A DNA stretch of 64,000 bases from an uncultured delta proteobacterium (GCA_963776345.1 CAVZMH010000015.1:288001-352000), one strand, 5' to 3'. Positions 32,146-42,583 are shown, counted from the first letter of the stretch. A program made the numbers and translations. The notes: generated by a model not told the origin, from the sequence alone.

Positions 32146-34431
32146 TCAGGGGTTTTCGGCCGCCCAGCGGGCGCGGCGGGCCTCGAGCTCGGCGAGGAGC
32201 TGCTCGTAGCCGGCGTTCCCGTGCAGGCTGGCCAGGCGGGGCTCGCGGCGGAAGGCGATGACGTTCGGGTAACCGAACTCCGCGGTCCTCCGCAACCATC
32301 GCACCGCCTCGTCCGGCTGCCCCACCAGCGCGAACCCCATCGCCCGGTAGAAGGTGAAGTGGTGGTAGTAGCGGCGTCTCTCCTCGCCCTGGGTGGAGTA
32401 GGAACGGAGCGCTCGCTCGGCATCGGCGGTGCGACCCTCCAGCGCGTCGATCAGGGCCCGGACCAGCACCTGCTGCTGCCCGAGATCCGCCTTCCGGAGC
32501 TCGTCCCGGCCCGCCGGATCACCGAGCAGCGCCAGGGTGATGAAGCCACGGATCTCGGGAGGCGGTGAGAGCCGTCCACGCTGGGCCAGCAGCTCGGGAT
32601 AGCGAGCGGCGAAGGCGTAGGCTTCCACCACCGCACCAAGCGCCCGCGTGCCGGCCGGGTCGCGGTCCAGAGCCGCCAGGGCCTCACGGACCGCCTGGTC
32701 TGCGAGCCCGATGTGGGCGAACAGGCCGGCGGCCTCCAGTTGCCCCGCCTGGGGATCCAGCGCACGCGCTCGGCGCAGCGAGGCGAGCGCCCCGTCCACA
32801 TCCCAGCCCCCCTGCTGGCTGAAGAACATCTCGGCCCGCACCACCTGCACCAGCGCCAGGGACGGCGCGAGGGCCTCTGCCCGCGCGAGGGCATCGCGTG
32901 CCCGCTCGAAGTACAGGCGCTGGACATCGGGCTCGTAGCCCTCGTACAGGGCCTGCCGGACGTAGGCGTATCCCAGCTGAGCGTGGGCGAGCGCGTAACC
33001 GGGATCGAGCTCCGTGGCCTGGGCGAAGGCAGCGGGGGCCGCCGCCAGGTTCTCGCGGGCGAGCTCCCATCGCTCCGTGGCATACAGTCCCCTCAGGTAG
33101 GCGTCGTAGGCCTCCGGGTTCCGGGTTCCACCGAGGCCAACCTGCGCCCCTTCGGCCGTTCCCAGCCGCAGCTTCAACGCCGCCGCAACCTTCTGCGCCA
33201 CCTCGGTCTGGAGGTCCAGGACCGCCCTGGCGTCACGATCGTAGGTCTCTGCCCAGAGCTGCTCGTCGTTGCGGGCGTCGATCAGCTGGGTGGTGATCCG
33301 CACTCGACCGTCGGCCCGCCGCACGCTTCCCTCGAGCAGGACCGTCACCCCCAGCTCGGAGGCAATCTGTCGCGTGGGCTTGTCGGTGTTCCGGTAGGCC
33401 ATCGAGGAGGTCCGGGAGATCACCTTCAACCCCGGGACGCGCGCCAGCTGGGTCAGGATGTCCTCGGTGAGGCCATCGCAGAACCAGGCGTTGCCGGGGT
33501 TCCCGCCGAGGTTCGCCAGGGGCAGCACGGCCAGCGACCGGTGCCCGCCGCCGCCGGGCCGCATCGCCCGGGACACCACCACCCCCATCGCCGCCGCGAG
33601 CATCAGCGCGGCGACCGCGGCGGCCGTGCGGCGCCGGTCACCCCGCCGTCCGCCGAGCGCAGCCACCAGCTCGGTGGTGGACCCGTGCCGTCGCGCCGGG
33701 TCCGGGTCGAGCGACCGCTCGAGGGGACGCCGCCAGCGCGGGGGAATCCCGCTCGCCCCAGCGCCCGCGCCGGGACCGAGGACCATCTCCCGGGCCAAGA
33801 GGGCCAGCGCGTACACGTCGGTGCGGGACGACACCTCCTTGCCGGAGCGCTGCTCCGGAGCCATCACGTCCGGAGTCCCGACCACCGCACCTGCCTCGGT
33901 GAGCCGGTCGGCGCGGCCCCCCAGCGCGATCCCGAAGTCGGTGACCACCGCCCTCCGGCCGTGCTCGCCCCCTTCGACGAGCATCACGTTGCCCGGCTTC
34001 ACGTCGCGATGGACGATGCCGCTCCGGTGGATCGCCTCCAGCCCGGCGGCCACGTCGCGGAGGATGCCCAGCGCCTCTTCCGTGGGCAGAGGCCCAGTCC
34101 GCCGCAGACGTTCGGACAGGGTCTCGCCCTCCAGGAACTCCATGGTGAAGAACGCCACGTCCGGCGCTTCGAAGAACTCGAAGATCCGGCACACGTTCGG
34201 GTGGGTGACCCGTCGTGCCAGAACCACCTCGCGTCGGAGCCGGTCGAGCGCCGACGGATCTCCGGCAAGCTCGCGACGGATGGTCTTCAGCGCGACCGTC
34301 GTGCCGAGCGCGAGATCGCGAGCCTCGAAGACCTCGCCCATCCCTCCGGCACCAATCCGCCGGAGGAGCTTGAAGCGGCCGAGGAGCGTCCCGCCCGCGG
34401 AGAGCACGGTGTCCCCGAGCGGGCCGACCAC
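32146..34431 (-). CDS. Membrane Ser/Thr kinase with TolB-N-like domain and TPRs
   Basis: GAGGMGEVF, HRDVKPGNV, DFG, APE; TM; SLAVLPLANL..CDGLTEDIL..VISRTS; TPR region. Confidence 0.92.
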   Translation of the reverse strand: MVGPLGDTVLSAGGTLLGRFKLLRRIGAGGMGEVFEARDLALGTTVALKTIRRELAGDPSALDRLRREVVLARRVTHPNVCRIFEFFEAPDVAFFTMEFLEGETLSERLRRTGPLPTEEALGILRDVAAGLEAIHRSGIVHRDVKPGNVMLVEGGEHGRRAVVTDFGIALGGRADRLTEAGAVVGTPDVMAPEQRSGKEVSSRTDVYALALLAREMVLGPGAGAGASGIPPRWRRPLERSLDPDPARRHGSTTELVAALGGRRGDRRRTAAAVAALMLAAAMGVVVSRAMRPGGGGHRSLAVLPLANLGGNPGNAWFCDGLTEDILTQLARVPGLKVISRTSSMAYRNTDKPTRQIASELGVTVLLEGSVRRADGRVRITTQLIDARNDEQLWAETYDRDARAVLDLQTEVAQKVAAALKLRLGTAEGAQVGLGGTRNPEAYDAYLRGLYATERWELARENLAAAPAAFAQATELDPGYALAHAQLGYAYVRQALYEGYEPDVQRLYFERARDALARAEALAPSLALVQVVRAEMFFSQQGGWDVDGALASLRRARALDPQAGQLEAAGLFAHIGLADQAVREALAALDRDPAGTRALGAVVEAYAFAARYPELLAQRGRLSPPPEIRGFITLALLGDPAGRDELRKADLGQQQVLVRALIDALEGRTADAERALRSYSTQGEERRRYYHHFTFYRAMGFALVGQPDEAVRWLRRTAEFGYPNVIAFRREPRLASLHGNAGYEQLLAELEARRARWAAENP

Positions 34432-34454
34432 CGACGCGGTATGGCGTTCCTCCG

Positions 34455-34731
34455 TCAGCTGGCCCTCGCCGCGCGCCGGGCACCACGGGCACGGGCCTTC
34501 TCCCGTTCACCCTCCCGGGTGCTTATCGCCGTGCGCGCCGCGAGCGAGCCCAGCAGGTGCTCCGTCGCATGGGCGATCTCGTGCACCGCCCGCTCGAACG
34601 CCGCGCGGTCGGCCGCCGAGGGTGACGCGGAGCCCGCTCACCTTGCGCACGTACTGCAGCGCCGCCGCCTCGACCTCTTCCGGCGTGGTCGGCGGCTCGA
34701 AGTTGTAGAGGACCCGGATGTTGCGGCACAT
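34455..34731 (-). CDS. DUF2277 family protein, frameshifted near 34623
   Basis: MCRNIRVLYNFEPPTTPEEVEAAALQYVRKVSG then, after a frame shift, PSAADRAAFERAVHEIAHATEHLL...*. Confidence 0.8.
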
Positions 34732-34782
34732 GGGGCGCATGCTCCTCGCCCCGGGCCCGCCGGAGCAAGTCGGGGGTGGCCG

Positions 34783-35676
34783 TCAGCGGCGCGGCGGCGT
34801 GCTCCGAAAGCCCCCTGGCGCGGTCGTGCGGCTCAGAGGGTCGGGAGCCCACGGCCCCGGCCGGAGCGGGAACGCCTCCTCGATCCGGGCGACCTCCTCC
34901 GGGCTCAGGCGGAGCCCGGCGGCCGCGGCGTTGTCCCGCACCCGCTCCACCTTCGCCGACTTGGGGATGGCGAACAGGTGCGGATCGCGGATGAGGAACG
35001 CGAGCGCCACCTGGTGCGGCGTGGCGCCGTGCGCCCGGGCGACCTCGGCGAGCACCTTGCCTCCGCGCGACGCCGTCGCGGGGAAGTCGCCCGAGCCGAA
35101 CGGGCTGTACCCCACCACCGCCACCTCGTGCTCCACGCACCAGGGGACGACGCGGTCCTCGATGTCGCGCGCGCGCAGGTGGTACAGCACCTGGTTGCAG
35201 GCGATGCGCCTCGGGCCGGCGATGCGCAGGGCCTCCTCGAGGTCGTCGAGGTCGAAGTTGCTCACGCCCCAGCTGCGGATCTTCCCCTCCCGGACCAGCT
35301 GCTCGAAGGCGGCGACGGTCTCCTCCAGCGGATGCGGCCCGGGCCAGTGGAGCAGGTAGCAGTCCAGGTGGTCCGTCCCCAGCCGCCGGAGGCTCGCCTC
35401 GCAGGCCCCCACCGTCCCGCTCCGGCTCGCGTGGTCGGGCATCACCTTGGAGACCAGGAACACCTGGTCCCGGCGCCCGGCGATGGCGCGGGCGACCAGC
35501 GACTCGACCCGGCCGCCGCCGTAGAGCTCGGCGGTGTCCACGTGGGTCATCCCCGCGTCGAGCCCCGCCTGGAGCGCCGCGATCGCCTCGAGGGGCGCGT
35601 CGCCCTCCATCTTCCAGGTGCCCTGTCCAACCACCGGGACCTCGCTCCCGGCCCAGCCGAACCTGCGCCTCTCCAT
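34783..35676 (-). CDS. Aldo/keto reductase
   Basis: GQGTW, DTAELYG, SKV, DCYLLHW, GKIRSWGVSNF, NQVLY, AIPKS. Confidence 0.93.
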   Translation of the reverse strand: MERRRFGWAGSEVPVVGQGTWKMEGDAPLEAIAALQAGLDAGMTHVDTAELYGGGRVESLVARAIAGRRDQVFLVSKVMPDHASRSGTVGACEASLRRLGTDHLDCYLLHWPGPHPLEETVAAFEQLVREGKIRSWGVSNFDLDDLEEALRIAGPRRIACNQVLYHLRARDIEDRVVPWCVEHEVAVVGYSPFGSGDFPATASRGGKVLAEVARAHGATPHQVALAFLIRDPHLFAIPKSAKVERVRDNAAAAGLRLSPEEVARIEEAFPLRPGPWAPDPLSRTTAPGGFRSTPPRR

Positions 35677-35735
35677 CGATCTGCCTCCAGCCTCCCGCGA
35701 CACTGACCCGGCGCCTGCACCGCGGCAAGCGCGAC

Positions 35736-36494
35736 TCAGGAGCGAAGCGCGTCGACCGAGAGCTTGACCACCAGCGCGGCCACCACGCACAGCACCACCC
35801 ACCTGACGATGCGCTCGCCGCCCCTCACGGTGAGGTGCGCCCCGATCCAGCCACCCAGCAGCTGACCCGCAGCCATGGGCAGCGCGGTGTGCCACACCAC
35901 CGTCCCGCGAGCGGCGAAGAGCAGCGCGGCTGCCAGGTTGCTCGCGAAGTTGATGACCTTCGCCTCCGCCGAGGCCTGCCGGAGCGGAAGGCCAATGAGG
36001 CCGGCCAGGCCCACGATGAGCAGCGTCCCGGTCCCCGGGCCGAAGAAGCCGTCGTAGGCGCCGACTCCGAGGGCGAGGGCCGCGGCCGGAGCCACCGCCG
36101 GGCTCGGCTCCCGGCCGCCGGGCACTCCCGGACGGAGCACCACGAACACCGCCGCGGCCACCAGCAGCACCAGCACCACCGGCCGGAGCAGCTCGGGGCG
36201 CACCCAGAGCACCAGACGCGCTCCCACCAGCGAACCGAGGAAGCCGAGCGGGAAGGTCCACCGCGCCCGGGCGAGCGGGACGAGGCCTGCCCGGGAGAAG
36301 CGAGCCAGGGCCGCGGCGGCCCCGAAGACCGACTGACCCTTGTTGGTCCCCAGCGCCAGGTGCGGCGGCAACCCCGCTGCGAGAAGCACCGGAAGGGTGA
36401 CCAGCCCTCCCCCACCGCCGATGGCGTCGACCGTCCCCGCGATCAGGGCCACCAGCGCCAGGAGGCCGTCCGTTCCGCTAACGTCGCCCAGCAA
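35736..36494 (-). CDS. TSUP (TauE/SafE) family membrane transporter; start uncertain
   Basis: AGTVDAIGGGGGL, ALGTNK, GAYDGFFGPGTG, AKVINFASN. Confidence 0.9.
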   Translation of the reverse strand: MLGDVSGTDGLLALVALIAGTVDAIGGGGGLVTLPVLLAAGLPPHLALGTNKGQSVFGAAAALARFSRAGLVPLARARWTFPLGFLGSLVGARLVLWVRPELLRPVVLVLLVAAAVFVVLRPGVPGGREPSPAVAPAAALALGVGAYDGFFGPGTGTLLIVGLAGLIGLPLRQASAEAKVINFASNLAAALLFAARGTVVWHTALPMAAGQLLGGWIGAHLTVRGGERIVRWVVLCVVAALVVKLSVDALRS

Positions 36495-37630
36495 TGGCCA
36501 CCCCCGTCTCCGACGACGTCCGCAAGGCACTGGGCAGCAAGGACCCGTATGCGCTGGCCACGTCGGCGAGCAAGGAACAGCTGGACGCGCTCCGCAGCGC
36601 CGTGGACCTGATCGAGGCGGACCGCAGGCGGCTCCAGTCCACCAACCGCTTCGCCGTCGCCGCGCAGGTTCTGGTGGGCTGGGTGGCCATCCTCGGGTTC
36701 CTGGTGAACGCCTACCAGAGCTGGAGCAACAAGCAGCAGGCGGAACACCAGTCCCAGGTCGACCAGGACCGGTGGGCCAAGGAGTTCGAGCGCGCCCGTC
36801 AGGCGGACAAGTACCGCGCCTTCTTCGAGACCACCGTGCTGGCCACCGACGCCGCCAATGCCGACAAGCGGCTCGTCGGGTACGCGCTGCTCCAGGAGTT
36901 CGTGAGCGACAACGAGTACACCAACAAGGCCATGCTGATGCTCGAGGAGTCGCTGGCCCAGGAGCTCCGGAGCAACACCGGCCAGGGGATCGACGAGGCG
37001 CACCGGAACGCGGTGGTGGCGATCGTGACCGCCCTCTCGGAGACGAAGGACTGCGGCGCGCTCGCCCGCGCGGCCCGGAGCATCGACCGGTTGGCGCAGC
37101 GACACAGCCGGTACGGCGACCTTGAGGAGACCGGCGAGGTCTTCGGGGTCTACGTGCGTCGGCTGGTCGGCCAGGCCGCGGAAGTGTGCAAGACGATGGC
37201 GGACTTCCGGGCCGTGCGCCGGCCCCTCAGGGACACGCTGGTCAAGGCCCCGCTGATCGTCGGACTCAAATTCCCGACGACGTCCGAGGCCGCGAACACC
37301 CGCATTGCCGAGATCCTTCGCGACCGGTGCCTGGCGGACGTCGCGGTGAGCGGTGCGACCGACTGCCCGGAGATCTTCGCCGGGTACGCCGCGCTCTGCG
37401 ATCAGCCGGAGGTCCCTCCGAAGGAAGTCGCTGGCGCCGCCCCGGTGAAGGGCAAGGCCGACGCGGGGACCGCCCAGCAGGTGCGCGCCGACGCCGCCCA
37501 GGACCTGGCGACGATCAAGGCGCGGCTCGAGGCCAACCGCCAGGCCGACTCGGGCGGCTGCGCGATCATGAAGGAGGTCGCGGCACGCTACCCGCCACCC
37601 GCCGCGGGTCCGTCAGGCTCCGCGAAGTGA
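36494..37630 (+). CDS. Hypothetical single-pass membrane protein
   Basis: 378-aa ORF with high-GC3 codon usage, one TM (VLVGWVAILGFLV), helical Cys-containing C-terminal part. Confidence 0.75.
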   Translation: MATPVSDDVRKALGSKDPYALATSASKEQLDALRSAVDLIEADRRRLQSTNRFAVAAQVLVGWVAILGFLVNAYQSWSNKQQAEHQSQVDQDRWAKEFERARQADKYRAFFETTVLATDAANADKRLVGYALLQEFVSDNEYTNKAMLMLEESLAQELRSNTGQGIDEAHRNAVVAIVTALSETKDCGALARAARSIDRLAQRHSRYGDLEETGEVFGVYVRRLVGQAAEVCKTMADFRAVRRPLRDTLVKAPLIVGLKFPTTSEAANTRIAEILRDRCLADVAVSGATDCPEIFAGYAALCDQPEVPPKEVAGAAPVKGKADAGTAQQVRADAAQDLATIKARLEANRQADSGGCAIMKEVAARYPPPAAGPSGSAK

Positions 37631-37726
37631 CGCCCGGGCGTTGAGCGGACCCACACCATCGTGTCCCGCGTGCGACCGCGGCGCGCTTGAGCCCGGGCAC
37701 CGGGTTCGCCGAGGCTGGAGCCCTCG

Positions 37727-38777
37727 ATGTCCCCCCCGCCGCCGCAGCTCGAGCTCTTCGCCCCCGCTCCAGGGGTCGCCGCCGAGCCCGAGCGTCCTCC
37801 CGAGCCGCCGGCGCCCGCCCCCGTCTCCGAGGAGCTGCGCGAGCTCGGAGCGCGGCTGCCGCGGGACGTCCGCCTCGGGACCAGCTCCTGGTCGTTCCCC
37901 GGGTGGACCGGCCTGGTCTACGCCCGCGAGGCCTCCGGGGAGCTCCTCGCGCGCGAGGGGCTCCCGGCCTACGCGCGGCATCCGCTCTTCCGGACCGTGG
38001 GCGTCGACCGGACCTTCTACGGACCGCGTCCCCGTCGAGACCTTCCAGGCGTGGGCGCAGTCCGTCCCGGACGACTTCCGGTTCCTGGTGAAGGCGCACG
38101 AGGCGCTCACCCTTCCTCGCTTCCCGCTCCACGAGCGCTACGGCACCCGGCGCGGCGAGGAGAACCCGACCTTCCTCGACCCGGCGTACGCGCGCGACGC
38201 CGTCGTCGCTTCGTTCGTGGAGGGGCTGGGCGCGAAGGCGGGCCCGCTGGTCTTCCAGTTCCCACCGCAGGACGTCCAGGCGCTCGGGGGCCCCTCGGCG
38301 TTCGCCGACCGGCTGCACGCCTTCCTCGCCGCGCTGCCGCCGGGTCCGCTCTACGCGGTCGAGCTCCGGAACCGGGAGCTGGTCACCACTGACGTGGCCG
38401 ACGTGCTGGAGGACGTGGGCGCCATCCCGGTCCTCTCGGTGTGGGGGCACCTGCCGCCACTCCCGCAGCAGGCGTGGCGGCTCCGGGCGCGGGCGGCGAG
38501 CGCGCTGGTGGTGCGGTGGATGCTCCCGCCCGACCTCGGCTACGAGGAGGCCCGCGAGCTCTACGCGCCGTTCGACCGGCTGGTGAACGAGAACCCCGCC
38601 GTCCGCGGCGACATCGCCGTGCTCGTGGTCGAGGCGCTGGCCGAGGGCCGCCCGGTCTACGTCACCGTCAACAACAAGGCCGAGGGCAGCGCGCCGGTGA
38701 GCGTCGAGCGCCTCGCGGCGGCGGTGGTGGCCCGGCTCAGTCCTCCGCCCTCTCCGGGAAGCGCCGGCCGAACATGA
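37727..38777 (+). CDS. DUF72 family protein, frameshifted near 38030
   Basis: LGTSSWSFPGW, VDRTFY; second frame: PDDFRFLVKA, GPLVFQFP, YAVELRN, NNKAEGSAP. Confidence 0.85.
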
Positions 38778-39216
38778 CCCAGGCCACCATGCTGAACACC
38801 GGCTCGCCCGCGCCGTTCACCAGGACGTAGGCGAGCTTCACGCTCCCGCGGTCCGGCTTGCTCCGGGACGGACGCGCCTCGAGGACCTCCACGGTGAGGG
38901 TGAGCGGATCGTCCGGACGGACCGGCTTGAGCCAGCGGAGCTCCTCCAGCCCGGGCGAGCCCATGCTGGTGCTGCCCTCGAGCAAACCGTCCACCGCGAT
39001 GCGCATGGAGAGGCAGGCCGTGTGCCAGCCGCTCGCGACGAGCCCCCCGAAGTGAGTCTTGCGGGCAGCCTCCTCGTCGAGGTGGAACGGCTGCGGATCC
39101 CACTCCCTGGCGAAGCGGACGATGTCCTCGCGGCTCAACATGCGCGGGGGGAAGCTCAGACGCCGTCCCGGCACGAGATCCTCGTAGGCCAGTCCACGAT
39201 CCGCTCCCTCGCTCAT
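38737..39216 (-). CDS. MaoC family dehydratase
   Basis: FAREWDPQPFHLD, FGGLVASGWHT, LRWLKPVRP.D. Confidence 0.9.
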   Translation of the reverse strand: MSEGADRGLAYEDLVPGRRLSFPPRMLSREDIVRFAREWDPQPFHLDEEAARKTHFGGLVASGWHTACLSMRIAVDGLLEGSTSMGSPGLEELRWLKPVRPDDPLTLTVEVLEARPSRSKPDRGSVKLAYVLVNGAGEPVFSMVAWVMFGRRFPERAED

Positions 39217-39298
39217 CGACGTGCTCCTTGGTGTGTGCGCGGCCCTCGTCTAGCGTGCCGGGCCGTTCCGCGCCTGCTTCCCGGGAGGAAACGTCTCC

Positions 39299-40189
39299 AT
39301 GTCGTCGCCGCATCGTCCCATGCTCGGCATCGTCGGTGGCACCGGAATGGCGGAGGCGCTGGGCTCGCTGGGGAGCGGCGAGCAGCACCGGGTGGACACG
39401 CCGTTCGGGCCTCCCTCGTCGCCCATCACCGTGGTGGAGCTCGGGGGCGCGCCCGTCGCCCTGCTCCCGCGCCACGGCGAGGGGCACCGCTTTCCGCCGG
39501 GCCACGTTCCGTACCGGGCGAACGTCTTCGCGCTCAAGGCGGTGGGGGTCACCCACGTCCTGGCGACCTCCGCGGTGGGGTCGCTGCGCGAGGAGATCCG
39601 CCCCGGCGAGCTGGTCGTCCCGGACCAGGTCATCGACCGCACCTTCCGCCGGGAGCCGACCTTCTTCGACGAGCTCGCCGTGCACGTGGAGTTCGCCCAG
39701 CCGTTCTGCGCGTCGCTGCGAAAGGTCCTGCTCGGCGCGAGGTCGGAGGTCCGGGTGCACGACGGCGGCACCTACGTGTGCATGGAGGGGCCGCAGTTCT
39801 CGACCCGGGCAGAGAGCGACCTGCATCGCTCCTGGGGCGCGCACCTCATCGGCATGACCCTGATGCCCGAGGCCAAGCTCGCCCGCGAGGCCGAGCTCTG
39901 CTACGCGGCGGTGAACCTGGTCACCGACCACGACTGCTGGCGCCCCCACCCGGCGGACCTGGGGGCGCAGGAGCTGCTCGAGGAGATCATCGGGAACATC
40001 CGGACCACCACCGCCGCCGCGCTGGGCCTCATCCGATCGGCGCTGCCGGCCGTCCAGTCCCTGGCGGCAAGCGGGTGCGGCTGCCAGGAGTCGCTGGAGC
40101 GGGCGATCTTCACCGCCGGCACGCAGATCCACGAGGGGACCCGCCAGCGGCTGGACCTGCTCCTCCGGCGGGCGCTCCGCAGCCGCTGA
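39299..40189 (+). CDS. mtnP: S-methyl-5'-thioadenosine phosphorylase
   Basis: GIVGGTG, TPFG.PS, RHG, NV.ALK, AVGSL, EGPQFSTRAES, IGMT..PEAKLARE, VTDHDCW. Confidence 0.92.
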   Translation: MSSPHRPMLGIVGGTGMAEALGSLGSGEQHRVDTPFGPPSSPITVVELGGAPVALLPRHGEGHRFPPGHVPYRANVFALKAVGVTHVLATSAVGSLREEIRPGELVVPDQVIDRTFRREPTFFDELAVHVEFAQPFCASLRKVLLGARSEVRVHDGGTYVCMEGPQFSTRAESDLHRSWGAHLIGMTLMPEAKLAREAELCYAAVNLVTDHDCWRPHPADLGAQELLEEIIGNIRTTTAAALGLIRSALPAVQSLAASGCGCQESLERAIFTAGTQIHEGTRQRLDLLLRRALRSR

Positions 40190-40289
40190 GCCTCATCGAC
40201 CCGGCGCAGCGGCGCCGGTCCGCAGGCGTCCCCCTGGTTCGGGGGGCTGAGCCTCATCGACCCGGCGCAGCGGCGCCGGTCCGCAGGCG
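40185..40289. repeat. Two identical 44-bp direct repeats with internal palindromes (REP-like), separated by a 17-bp spacer
   Basis: gctgagcctcatcgacccggcgcagcggcgccggtccgcaggcg at 40185-40228 and 40246-40289. Confidence 0.9.
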
Positions 40290-40295
40290 GCCCCC

Positions 40296-41519
40296 TCACT
40301 CGTGCCGGAGGGCCTCGACCGGGTCGAGCTGGGCGGCGCGGGCGGCGGGCCAGATCCCGAAGACCAGTCCGACCGCCGCCGCGAAGCCGATCCCGCCGGC
40401 GATGGTGGCCGGCTGCACTGCGGCGGCGAGCGGCGTGGCCATCGAGACCACCTTCGCCAGCCCGAGGCCGAGGAGCGTGCCCAGCGTCCCGCCGATGGCC
40501 GACACCCCGGCCGCCTCGAGGAGGAACTGCACCACGATGGTGCGCCGGCGAGCCCCGAGCGCGCGCCGGACGCCGATCTCGCGCGTTCGCTCCCGGACCG
40601 ACACCAGCATCACGTTCATGATGCCGATGCCTCCCACGAGGAGCGTGATCAGGCCCACGCCGAGCGCCACGCCGTACAGCGCGCCGGTGAGCTCGGCGTA
40701 GGTGTTGGCCAGCTGCTCGGGGCGGTTGATGCTGAAGTCGCTCTCCTTCTCCGGGGCGATGCTCCGCGCGCGGCGGAGCGCGATCTCCACCGCATCCTGC
40801 GTCTGGAGGACGTCCGTCCCGGGCGCGGCAGCAATGCCGATGGTGAGCTGCCGCTTGCTCCCGAACGCGCTGAGGAACGTCTTCAGCGGAACCTGCACCG
40901 CCAGGTCCTGGTTCTGCCCCAGCAGCTTCCCCTTCCGCGCGAGCACGCCGATGACGCGGAAGGGGCGGCTGCCGATCCGGATGCTCTGGCCGATGGGATT
41001 GGAGGTGGGGAAGAGCCCGTCCGCCACGTCCGCGCCCAGCACGGTGACCGAGCTCGAGTTGTCATTCTCCGGCCCGCTGAGGAACCGGCCCGAGGTGACC
41101 TCCCAGCCGGCGACCGCAGGGAAGTCGGCGGTGGTGCCCTGCACCCGGACGTTGGCCAGGACGAGATTGGAGAACTTCACCTCGTCAGTCTTGAAGGTCA
41201 TCGGGGCGACGGCCGCGACCTCCGGTAGCTCCCGGAGCTGCTCGGCCAGCGGCGGCGTGAGCTCGCGCCGGTTGCGGTACTTGAAGAAGTCCCCGCGGAT
41301 GATCCAAGGGAACTTGGTGACGTACATCGAGTTCGCGCCCAGGCTCGACAGCTGCTGAGCGAAGGACACGTTCAGCCCCTGGATGATGCCCACGATCGCC
41401 AGCAGGGTGCAGACGCCGATCCCGATGCCGACGGTGGTCAGCAGCGTCCGCAGGCGATTTGCCCGGAGCGCGAGGACGGCGATCTTCCCGCCCTCCACCA
41501 CGTCGATGCGCATCCCCAT
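40296..41519 (-). CDS. MacB/FtsX-like ABC transporter permease
   Basis: ALRANRLRTLLT..GI.IG, periplasmic domain, LLVGGIGIMNVMLVSVRERTREIG, PAARAAQLDPVEALRHE. Confidence 0.92.
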   Translation of the reverse strand: MGMRIDVVEGGKIAVLALRANRLRTLLTTVGIGIGVCTLLAIVGIIQGLNVSFAQQLSSLGANSMYVTKFPWIIRGDFFKYRNRRELTPPLAEQLRELPEVAAVAPMTFKTDEVKFSNLVLANVRVQGTTADFPAVAGWEVTSGRFLSGPENDNSSSVTVLGADVADGLFPTSNPIGQSIRIGSRPFRVIGVLARKGKLLGQNQDLAVQVPLKTFLSAFGSKRQLTIGIAAAPGTDVLQTQDAVEIALRRARSIAPEKESDFSINRPEQLANTYAELTGALYGVALGVGLITLLVGGIGIMNVMLVSVRERTREIGVRRALGARRRTIVVQFLLEAAGVSAIGGTLGTLLGLGLAKVVSMATPLAAAVQPATIAGGIGFAAAVGLVFGIWPAARAAQLDPVEALRHE

Positions 41520-41638
41520 GCCGGTCGATGGTCCTCCGCTGACGAGCATGACGCCGCTCGGGCCGGTCGATTGCCTCTCCGGGCGCCGCTGGCCGCCTGC
41601 TCCGGCCTGCTGGCTGCAGGCCCAGCCCGCGGCCGGCA

Positions 41639-42565
41639 CTAGCCAGGACCCTGCATCCGGCTCCGGGTGGCAGCCCGGGTCTCCTCCATCTCCTCGAGGC
41701 TCCGGGGCCAGTCCTCCTTGAGAAGCCGGGAGAGCGACCGGTCCGCCAGGAGACGCCCCCCGGTCTGGCAGGTGGCACAGTAGTTGGTCTCGTTGTCGGC
41801 GTGGACGATGCGCTGGACCGGCGAGCCGCAGTCCGGGCACGGTTTCCGGTACCGGCCGTGCACCGCCATGCCCTCGCGGAAGGCGGTCACCTTCTCCGGG
41901 AACCCGCTCCCCGCCTCCTCGCGCAGCCGGTCGGTCCAGCTCCGGAGCACGCTGCGGGTCGCCTCGTACAGGTGGCTGACCTGGTCGTCGTCGAGGCGCT
42001 GCGACAGCGCGACGGGGGACAGGCGCGCGGCGTGGAGGATCTCGTCCGAGTAGGCGTTGCCGATGCCGCTGAACAGCCGCGGGTCGGTGAGCGCGCGCTT
42101 GAGGGTGTGGTTCTCGCGGCGGAGCGCGGCGCCGAACTGCTCGAGGCTCGACTCCATCGGGTCGATGCCCCCGCGATCCAGCGCCCGGACCGCGTCCTCG
42201 CCTCGAAGGAGCCACAGCTGGGCTCGCTTCTTCGGGCTGGCCTCGGTGAGGACCAGCGTCCCGGCCGGGAAGTCGAAGGCGGCGAGGCCGACGCGGCCCG
42301 GCACCGGCGCGCCGCGCGGCCTCCAGTGCAGCCGTCCGGCGACCATGAGGTGGAGCACCAGGAACAGCCCGTCCTCCAGCACGAACACCAGACGCTTGCC
42401 CTGCCGGCGGAGCGCGGTCACCCGCTTGCCGAAGGCCTCCCGGAGCGGCGGCTCCGCGGTGCGGACGAGGGCCGGACCGCGCACCCGCACGCCCTCCAGC
42501 GGCTGACCGAGCACCCGCGGCGCGAGCGCTTCGAGGTAGACGGTGACGTCCGGGTACTCGGGCAC
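41639..42565 (-). CDS. Fpg/Nei family DNA glycosylase
   Basis: N-terminal PE, GK, HLM..G, GIGNAYSDEIL, zinc finger CPDC..CATCQ. Confidence 0.92.
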   Translation of the reverse strand: MPEYPDVTVYLEALAPRVLGQPLEGVRVRGPALVRTAEPPLREAFGKRVTALRRQGKRLVFVLEDGLFLVLHLMVAGRLHWRPRGAPVPGRVGLAAFDFPAGTLVLTEASPKKRAQLWLLRGEDAVRALDRGGIDPMESSLEQFGAALRRENHTLKRALTDPRLFSGIGNAYSDEILHAARLSPVALSQRLDDDQVSHLYEATRSVLRSWTDRLREEAGSGFPEKVTAFREGMAVHGRYRKPCPDCGSPVQRIVHADNETNYCATCQTGGRLLADRSLSRLLKEDWPRSLEEMEETRAATRSRMQGPG

Positions 42566-42583
42566 GTGGGTGAACCTCGCGGA

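Noticed and set aside
40185..40289. Possible mini CRISPR array
   Set aside because: Only two repeats, a 17-bp palindromic spacer, no leader and no cas genes.
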